From: a virus
Taxonomy: Duplodnaviria; Caudoviricetes
Length of the DNA: 60,661 nt
Virus record (IMG/VR): IMGVR_UViG_3300027659_000037
Span: 1-60,661 of that record
Direction: 5' to 3' (one strand)
Shown piece after piece: positions 54,904-60,661 of the stretch. A program made the position numbers and the translations under genes. The notes beneath the pieces were generated by a model. The model did no database searches and had not been told where the DNA came from. It saw only the letters and a list, made by a program, of their open reading frames with translations. Within the stretch, counting starts at the first letter, position 1; each line of letters opens with the position of its first letter.

Positions 54904-55412
54904 TTTTTGCCTTTCATTTCAGCCAGCTTTTCAATGGTTCTGCCACCAAAGTATGCGCCCATTATCAACATTCCCCACTGCCCAAGCAAGGAAACGTAGG
55001 ACTCATTGGCGTTTAAACCAAAGGCCGACATCATGGCAAACAGGAAATACCCCAGAAAAATGGCAATCAAGGACATGGGCCGGATGTTTTTTGATAGCCA
55101 AGAGTCACTGGACATGTCTGCCTCCCAGCGATCTGTGACATTGTCGGCATCACTTTGTGCAGCCTTGGCAAACATCTCCATCTCAGCCAACTCCAGCTTG
55201 GCCTTTTCAATGCCCAGTTCAAGGAGCTTTTCTTCGTGGTCGAACTGAAGTTGGCGCAGCTTGGAGACGTCTTCTGCGGTTGGGTTGTCAGGAATCTTCA
55301 CGCCAAGCGTGTTCTCAACAACCTCTTTGCCTTTGGCTTGTATAGCAGACGACAGCAGACCAAGCCCGTTTTGAGCCAAGCTACCTAGTAATGATGCAAG
55401 TATTGGTAACAT
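54900..55412 (-). CDS. Holin (3TM holin-like)
   Basis: SWLSKNIRP, TM segments, GAYFGGRTIEK; adjacent to endolysin. Confidence 0.7.
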   Translation of the reverse strand: MLPILASLLGSLAQNGLGLLSSAIQAKGKEVVENTLGVKIPDNPTAEDVSKLRQLQFDHEEKLLELGIEKAKLELAEMEMFAKAAQSDADNVTDRWEADMSSDSWLSKNIRPMSLIAIFLGYFLFAMMSAFGLNANESYVSLLGQWGMLIMGAYFGGRTIEKLAEMKGKK

Positions 55413-55693
55413 TATTTATTCCGTTCTTTCTGTTCAAGCTCACGCCTGAGTTTTTCTACCTTCTCCACCTGCGCTTTGACCTCATGCTTGGCTTCCAGTA
55501 TGTCCAGATACAACATACCCAGCAGTGGCAGCATCAGCCCAACCAGAATCAAAGCAGCAACCCAGCCCACTACGTCTTCTCCCAGCGACTTAACAGGAGG
55601 AGCCACAACCAAAGGTAAAGGAGGAAGATAGCTGTTACTACTAGATACACCGACTTTGCTTGGAAGTTTCTTTTTGCCTCCTGCCGTTGCCAT
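55412..55693 (-). CDS. Membrane protein with coiled-coil (lysis accessory?)
   Basis: Single TM followed by coiled-coil; in the lysis cluster. Confidence 0.5.
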   Translation of the reverse strand: MATAGGKKKLPSKVGVSSSNSYLPPLPLVVAPPVKSLGEDVVGWVAALILVGLMLPLLGMLYLDILEAKHEVKAQVEKVEKLRRELEQKERNK

Positions 55694-56277
55694 TGCTTGT
55701 ACCTCTGCTGTGCTTCCTGTTTCAGCCTTGCCTGCTCCTGCTCCTGACCAATGACCTCACGCATCTCAAACACTTTGCTGTACAACGCGCCCATCTCAGG
55801 CGGGGATTGGTACACCATCGTTTCCCTGACCGTTACTATCAGTTCAGCCATCTGCTGCTGTGCCATTACTCGCTGCAATGCAGCTTCCATCAAGTTGGCA
55901 TCTGGGTCATAGACGTTTCTGGACTTCTCTTCTGCCTCCCGGATGTGCGTTGCTAACTGTTCTTCAAGTCTGAACAGCTTGGTAAGCTGCCCAACAATGT
56001 CTGCCATGACTTGGGTTTCGTCAACGGCAACGTAGGCTTCTTTCTTTTTCGCCACAGGCTGGAGCGATTTTCCCTGTGGGATAGGTGCAACACTTGCACC
56101 AAACATCTCTGCCAATTTTCCCCAGAAACCCCTAACCTCTTTTGCGATTCCAACGACTTCGTTAACAGTGCTTTTGACTTCCATGAAGGTAGTCTTAGCT
56201 TGCTTATACAGCTTGCAGCCTTCCTTGATGGCAGTGACGCAAGCATTGGCGGCAAAGAGAATGCTGAGCGGATCAAT
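55570..56277 (-). CDS. Coiled-coil membrane protein, probable ATT start
   Basis: Frame stays open 31 codons upstream of ATG 56184 (IDPLSILFAANACVTAIKEG...); GGAG lies 7 nt before ATT 56277. Confidence 0.6.
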   Translation of the reverse strand: MDPLSILFAANACVTAIKEGCKLYKQAKTTFMEVKSTVNEVVGIAKEVRGFWGKLAEMFGASVAPIPQGKSLQPVAKKKEAYVAVDETQVMADIVGQLTKLFRLEEQLATHIREAEEKSRNVYDPDANLMEAALQRVMAQQQMAELIVTVRETMVYQSPPEMGALYSKVFEMREVIGQEQEQARLKQEAQQRYKQWQRQEAKRNFQAKSVYLVVTAIFLLYLWLWLLLLSRWEKT

Positions 56278-56289
56278 TTCATCTCTCCG

Positions 56290-57381
56290 TTAGGCCGTGC
56301 GATTCCACATGTAAACCACAACGTAGGGTTGCACGTTTGCACCTGTTGGACTTACACCTGCCGCTGTAATTGTTGTTGTTGTGCCAACAGTGATGCCTGT
56401 GGTTGCGGTGGCTGTCTGCGGGTTCGCCCAAGATGCCCCGTCTGCGTGTCCGGGGGCTTGTGGGCTGCTACCTGCACCATCCCGTAGGTTCATTGTGTGT
56501 GAGTGAGCAGGATCGGTAACTGTCGAGGTTGATGTTGCCGTGTGAGTGTGCGTCGGCACAATCGCGTCATAACTGCCGCCCGTAGTACCCGCAAGGTATG
56601 AGGCATTGCCAGAACCCATCATCACCTGACCCGCGCCGAAGGCAACCCAAGTACCAAATCCCAATAGCGTTCCGGGGTTGGTGGAAACAGTGCTGGAATA
56701 GATAGAGCCAACCGGATAGAACAAACTACCAAGTGCGGCAAGAGTTGTGACCCCAGTACCACCATTGGCAATAGGTAAGGTTCCTGTAACGTCAGTGGTC
56801 AGTACAACTTGGGACAGCGTAGCGTTTGTGCCGTCTGAGCGAAGCACTCGGTTGTTTGTCTGCGCACCAGTCAAGGCATTGATGGCTAACTGCTGGGTTA
56901 TCTGGCCTGTACCGCCTTTGGCGATTGCCAGCGTGCCGGTCAAGTTCTGCGCCTGCAAGTCAAACACGTTTGTGGCATCAGACCACACCATGATCTTGTC
57001 ACCGTTGACAACAGAGATACCTGTACCAGCAGCCGTGGTGTTACCAATGACCGTAGAGTTATAGATCGTTATGGTGTAGCCGCTGTTGTTGCGAACAATG
57101 TACTGTTTGGACGCAGGCGGGATGTAAACGTTGGTTGCCGCAGATGCTCCGGTAAAGCTCAGCATGGCGTACACGGACTGATTTAATGCTGCGCTGGATG
57201 TTGGCCCGTTGACGTAAGTCAGTGCTTGGTTGGTAGAAGTGATCGGTACAACCTGATAGCCCGCAACGGCTGTGTCCAGAATGTAGGCCAGATTGCTGTC
57301 TGTGGTTGCGCCCCACGCACCGGCTTGGTCGCCAGAGCCGATCAGTTCGATCCGCAGGCTTGATGAATATGTACTGCTCAT
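56290..57381 (-). CDS. Tail fibre/baseplate-like protein
   Basis: GDQAGAWG N-terminus, LAIAKGGTG repeats, YPVGSIY...PGTLLGFGTW...QPYVVVYMWNRTA. Confidence 0.75.
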   Translation of the reverse strand: MSSTYSSSLRIELIGSGDQAGAWGATTDSNLAYILDTAVAGYQVVPITSTNQALTYVNGPTSSAALNQSVYAMLSFTGASAATNVYIPPASKQYIVRNNSGYTITIYNSTVIGNTTAAGTGISVVNGDKIMVWSDATNVFDLQAQNLTGTLAIAKGGTGQITQQLAINALTGAQTNNRVLRSDGTNATLSQVVLTTDVTGTLPIANGGTGVTTLAALGSLFYPVGSIYSSTVSTNPGTLLGFGTWVAFGAGQVMMGSGNASYLAGTTGGSYDAIVPTHTHTATSTSTVTDPAHSHTMNLRDGAGSSPQAPGHADGASWANPQTATATTGITVGTTTTITAAGVSPTGANVQPYVVVYMWNRTA

Positions 57382-57851
57382 TATGTTTCTCCTTGTTCGG
57401 TTTTGGCGGTTATTGGATCAGTCGGCCAAACCACAGACTCTACCCGTGGGTCAATATCTTGGGAAGTAATATCTCTGAGAGCTTGTCTGTAAGCCGCCCA
57501 CTCTGCCTTGTCTGGGGTGTTAACGTCGGGTATTTGAGTCCAATCAGTCTTGGCAATAAGTTCGTTCCTTGTGGTTCGTGTGTTTGACCACGCTGAATTT
57601 TTCCACGCAGTAATCTCTTCTTCCGTTAAGGTAACCACACGGACGATATAAACCCAATCGCCTTCTTCATAAGGCTCGCATTCTTGGAGTTTTTCAGTTA
57701 AATAACTATGCTCTTTGTGCATATTAACTGGTTTGGCGTTATTGGCGGAAAGAAATTCTGTGGTTGGGATACCATCTGGAAACGATGTATTTGGGAACAA
57801 CTCCCAAGAAAATCCAACAGTGATGGGGTTTGACAAAATTGCAATTTTCAT
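57381..57851 (-). CDS. Tail fibre assembly chaperone-like protein
   Basis: RNELIAKTDWTQIPD...WAAYRQALRDI...WPTDP. Confidence 0.8.
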   Translation of the reverse strand: MKIAILSNPITVGFSWELFPNTSFPDGIPTTEFLSANNAKPVNMHKEHSYLTEKLQECEPYEEGDWVYIVRVVTLTEEEITAWKNSAWSNTRTTRNELIAKTDWTQIPDVNTPDKAEWAAYRQALRDITSQDIDPRVESVVWPTDPITAKTEQGET

Positions 57852-57866
57852 ACGTTTCTTTCAAAT

Positions 57867-60044
57867 TTATAGATCGGGGAACGCTGCGGTTGGAGGTGTA
57901 AAATTTGATGTGTACACAGCATATTTTGAAATACGGAATTCATCTAAATAACCGGTAAATGTCCTTGCGGTGGTATTATATCCGCCCATCGTTAAATAGG
58001 CTGAAGGATAGTTATAACTATCCGTAACAATCAAAGCAGAATCAGCTACGCCGTCAATATAAACTGTTAAATTGCTTGCGCCTGTGCCATATCTAACCAC
58101 GGCAAAATGAATCCAAGCTGCGGTTGTTACGGTACTTGCAGTTCCAGTAGCCGCGCTTGCGGCTCCATAGAAAAGTCTTAAATTGTTACTTGTGTAATAC
58201 GCCAAGGCTAAACCTGTTTGAGCGCCAAACCCCGCTGCCGTAAACGCTATTTGAAAAATTCCTTTATCTGAAGTAGCTGCATCCGCATAAAACCAACCCT
58301 CTACAGTGAAATCCCCTGAACCCAATAATATGGCCTGATTGTCGTTATTTATAAAGTTTTGAGTGGTTATATAATTGGTTATTCCGCCCGGAAAACGTAT
58401 AGAGCTACCACCAAATTTTGACTGAGTTGTACTCAAGACAACACCAGTACCTTGTGGGATCAACATTTGGTTCATTGAACTGTCGTACATCCCGGCGGTT
58501 GAAAAATTAAGTAAAAGTGTAGTATTGGTCACCTGCGTTACAGGCGAAGTCGGCGGCGTAAAAGCAGCCGTATAAATTGCTGTTCCTTTTACAACTCTGT
58601 ATCCCGCAGCATACCCAACAACAGTTTGATCTACTCCCAGTTGCCAAGGTACGTTTGCGGCACTAAGATTATAATTTGTTGTGGCAGTTCCTACTGATAC
58701 ACCATTAACATACAAAGTTGTAAGAGTAGTGCTAGTTCTAACTAAAGCTATATGAGACCATGTTCCTGCAACATGAAATGCAGTTATAAGCGAAGTAATT
58801 ATACCGTTTGGTACGGCGGCGTTTTGAAACACGCTTAATCTACCACTTGTGGTAGAATCGAAAAAAAGTGCTAAACGATTACCACCTTCAAAGTTAAAAA
58901 GATCGTTCCGCGTGGTAACAGTATTAACAATATAAAACCAACCTTCAAGTGTATAGTTTGAAGTACCAAATACAAACTGCGAAACGGCGCTGCTTGCAAT
59001 TAACTCAATAGTAGAACTAGCTACGGTATTTGCATAACTCCCACTAAAAGATGCTGAAGTGTAGCCAACAGCAGTTGTAGGCGCGGAAATAGTTGCGTTT
59101 GGTATTGGGATTTGTGAAACAAACCACGGGTAATAAGACGTAGAAGCAGCCGCAGCCCCTCTGTACATCGTTAAAGTATTCGCGCTTATATTTACAATAT
59201 ATGGCCTAACAAAAGTAAGCAGACTTGTATTTGTCCCTGTAATAGCCGCAGTGTTTGAGCCGCCGTATGGATTAGCTGATTGTGTTGAGGTCAGTACGCT
59301 GGTTGGAACTGTAAATGTACCTGTGTAAACAGCAACCGCTTTAACAATACGTAGTTGGCTAATTAACCCGTCAAAATAATTGGCTGGAGTCGCTGTTCCG
59401 GTTGTTCCCGCATCACAGCAAAGATGCACGTTGCCAACTGTATTGGTAAAACTTGTTGCGCTTGTGCCTGTAGTCGCATCTGCAACTCCGTTAATGTAAA
59501 CCACTACTTGCCCAGAACCCGTACCACTTCTAACAACGGCTATGTGCGACCATACGTTTAAAGTTAGTGTTCCCGTTGTGGTTACAATGTTTGTTGCCAA
59601 AGCCGCGCCGCCCGCAAGTTGAACAGCGCCTGTTGTAGTTAATCTAAGGGCCATTCTTCCGGCAGAATTACTATCGTATATATCAACAATCCCCCTTATC
59701 GTTCCGTAAGAGTATGGGTACACCCAACACTCCATAGTAAAAGTTCCTGTACCCATTGCGAATACAGTATTAAAAGGGATTGTAAATATTGGAGTCTGCG
59801 CAGGTCTGCAATCTACTGAATAAGCACTTTTATACGGGTTAAAAGCTGATTGGCTTTGCTGTGTCCCGATTGTAGTGATAGTTAAAGGCGAGGGTGTGAC
59901 TGAGTCGACATAAGAATAATTATTTTGCCCGTTTGTGCCGTCCCCATGAACAAGGGTTGTTACATAATTAAACGGTGGGTTTGTTGCAGGAGGGGTGGGG
60001 CTTGCGGCAGCCGCTTTACCAGATTTAATTGCTCCACTAAACAT
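57867..60044 (-). CDS. LamG/concanavalin A-like repeat protein (receptor-binding)
   Basis: Three repeats of FT.E.W.Y...W.HIAVVR...YINGV...G.I...RI.K. Confidence 0.8.
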   Translation of the reverse strand: MFSGAIKSGKAAAASPTPPATNPPFNYVTTLVHGDGTNGQNNYSYVDSVTPSPLTITTIGTQQSQSAFNPYKSAYSVDCRPAQTPIFTIPFNTVFAMGTGTFTMECWVYPYSYGTIRGIVDIYDSNSAGRMALRLTTTGAVQLAGGAALATNIVTTTGTLTLNVWSHIAVVRSGTGSGQVVVYINGVADATTGTSATSFTNTVGNVHLCCDAGTTGTATPANYFDGLISQLRIVKAVAVYTGTFTVPTSVLTSTQSANPYGGSNTAAITGTNTSLLTFVRPYIVNISANTLTMYRGAAAASTSYYPWFVSQIPIPNATISAPTTAVGYTSASFSGSYANTVASSTIELIASSAVSQFVFGTSNYTLEGWFYIVNTVTTRNDLFNFEGGNRLALFFDSTTSGRLSVFQNAAVPNGIITSLITAFHVAGTWSHIALVRTSTTLTTLYVNGVSVGTATTNYNLSAANVPWQLGVDQTVVGYAAGYRVVKGTAIYTAAFTPPTSPVTQVTNTTLLLNFSTAGMYDSSMNQMLIPQGTGVVLSTTQSKFGGSSIRFPGGITNYITTQNFINNDNQAILLGSGDFTVEGWFYADAATSDKGIFQIAFTAAGFGAQTGLALAYYTSNNLRLFYGAASAATGTASTVTTAAWIHFAVVRYGTGASNLTVYIDGVADSALIVTDSYNYPSAYLTMGGYNTTARTFTGYLDEFRISKYAVYTSNFTPPTAAFPDL

Positions 60045-60055
60045 ACTTAAATCCT

Positions 60056-60661
60056 TTAAGGTGTGTAATTCTGGCCAACAGTTACGCCGTACCAGTTTGT
60101 ACCATCAGAGAAAAAACTTAAAATATCTTGTCTTCCCGCCGTTGCTGTAATTGTTGGCGCAGAACCGCCAGCCCACTTAACTGGGTTGGTGACAGAAGGA
60201 AACGTTACGGTACGACTGCCCGTTCCATCTTGCTTTAAAAACATAATAAATGATTTCCCACTAACTACGGCAGGAAATGTGAATACCGCATTGCCGGTCA
60301 AAGTAATAATTTGTACAGTTCCGTTTACCAAGTCTAAAGTTATAGCTGTGCTTGAGTTAGCGGAAAACGGTGTTTCTACGTAGTTTGTGACCGTTGGGTT
60401 GGTCAGCGTCTTGTTTGCAAATGTCTCAGTACCGCTCAACGTAGCCAAAGTACCTGTGGTTGGTAAAGTGACGGATGTTGCAGCTGAAACCGTCAAGGTT
60501 GTGCCAAACGCACCACTGATTGTGAGCGTACTTGCCGCATTGTTTGCCACCCCTGTACCGCCGTTTCCCGCAGGTAAGGTGCCTGATACATCCGCCGTCA
60601 AAGACACCGCACCAAACGTTGGCGCACCAGAGGCGTTTCCATGCAAAACCTGTGATGATGT
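60056..60661 (-). CDS. Tail fibre-like protein (partial, start outside window)
   Basis: GTLPAGNGGTG, TFANKTLT, LKQDGTGSRTVTF...WAGGSAPTIT...DILSFFSDGTNWYG. Confidence 0.7.
   Translation of the reverse strand, partial: TSSQVLHGNASGAPTFGAVSLTADVSGTLPAGNGGTGVANNAASTLTISGAFGTTLTVSAATSVTLPTTGTLATLSGTETFANKTLTNPTVTNYVETPFSANSSTAITLDLVNGTVQIITLTGNAVFTFPAVVSGKSFIMFLKQDGTGSRTVTFPSVTNPVKWAGGSAPTITATAGRQDILSFFSDGTNWYGVTVGQNYTP

Noticed and set aside
758-60383. Numerous antisense and alternate-frame ORFs in the ORF track
   Set aside because: They overlap well-supported genes, lack RBSs and recognisable motifs, and break the two-arm strand organisation.

Overview
The window is about 60.7 kb of a tailed dsDNA phage genome (Caudoviricetes). 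It looks podovirus-like, with a P22/T7-style tail and ejection proteins. The host is probably a Gram-negative bacterium (inference). There are two transcription arms. The minus-strand virion arm is split in two: 1-13707 carries an adaptor, a cluster of small basic proteins, MCP, scaffold, a GroES-like protein, portal, TerL and a TerS candidate; 40293-60661 carries a 2168-aa polyvalent protein, ejection proteins, two GNAT-like genes, nozzle, lysis genes and tail fibres. The plus-strand early/replication arm (14418-40296) carries a duplicated first gene, a DUF3150-like/AAA+/vWA module, VRR-NUC, PolA, an RNAP alphaCTD-like protein, a Cas4-like exonuclease, SNF2 helicase, SSB and a primase-helicase. 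Most notable: (1) a family of otherwise unrelated small head-cluster proteins shares a C-terminal tag, [FML]x[KH]GG..SxRADGIAxRGKTRG, and three of them also share an N-terminal D[DE]QxLEGGG leader; one wraps an ADP-ribosyltransferase-like core, suggesting a tagged capsid-cargo/effector system. (2) An 18-bp palindrome, TTCCGTC-N4-GACGGAA, recurs about 11 times only across the first 10 kb of the early arm, including inside genes. (3) There are two candidate pseudoknotted RNAs, a duplicated operator-promoter-gene-terminator cassette, and an iteron-like origin. All product calls come from motif recognition by eye; no searches were run.
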